Source: Marsupella aquatica
Taxonomy: Eukaryota; Plantae; Marchantiophyta
Length of the DNA: 64,000 nucleotides
Direction of reading: 5' to 3'
Assembly (NCBI GenBank): GCA_973895155.1
Contig: OZ316891.1
Coordinates: 19,679,048 to 19,743,047, forward strand
Below the pieces are notes generated by a model that was given only the letters and a program-made list of their open reading frames with translations, searched no databases and was not told the origin of the DNA. Numbering within the stretch: position 1 is the stretch's first letter; every line of letters begins with the position of its first letter. Positions 63,756-64,000 of the stretch are shown one piece after another. A program made the translations under genes and the position numbers.

Positions 63756-64000
63756 GTAAAGAGTTTCTCTGCATGGCCTTTGGTTGTTGGTCATTTGTTG
63801 GAATCTCCTAAAATCCTTTTGAAAGCTCATTTTGCATCCCTTCATATTCTTTGAAAGAACGCTTTGTGTAAGTGCCACTCGGGGAGTGGAATCTCTCCGG
63901 GGATGTAAGGCGAGCGTATGTCAAGTATGTAAAACTTAATAACTGAAGATGAGACATATTCAGACTCATAAATGTCACTTGCCAACTTTTGTAACGGCAA

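Overview
Eukaryotic land-plant nuclear DNA, most likely from a non-seed plant (inference from gene content and divergence; the species cannot be read from the sequence). I spliced seven multi-exon genes by hand: an Mpv17/PMP22 membrane protein (-), a locus in which IGR-motif (mS41/Fyv4-like) exons precede a P-class PPR exon with no start codon at its 5' end (+), a THUMP-domain m2G RNA methyltransferase (-), an Asp1/APCB1-type aspartic protease (-), an ATXR4-like SET/MYND methyltransferase with a U12-type intron (+), a cytosolic alkaline/neutral invertase (+) and a 3'-truncated MRS2-11/MGT10 Mg transporter (+). The intergenic DNA carries non-autonomous repeats: two copies of a PIF/Harbinger-type MITE (one directly beside its own empty site), a tRNA-derived SINE, an inverted pair of a hairpin-ended tandem-repeat element, and minisatellites. 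It also holds decayed gene fragments, including a sulfite oxidase exon. The best candidate for an undescribed system is the IGR-PPR locus: the PPR ORF appears to get an ATG and a mitochondrial presequence only by splicing to the IGR exons, and an alternative exon gives a stand-alone IGR protein. All family calls rest on motifs recalled from memory, not on database searches.
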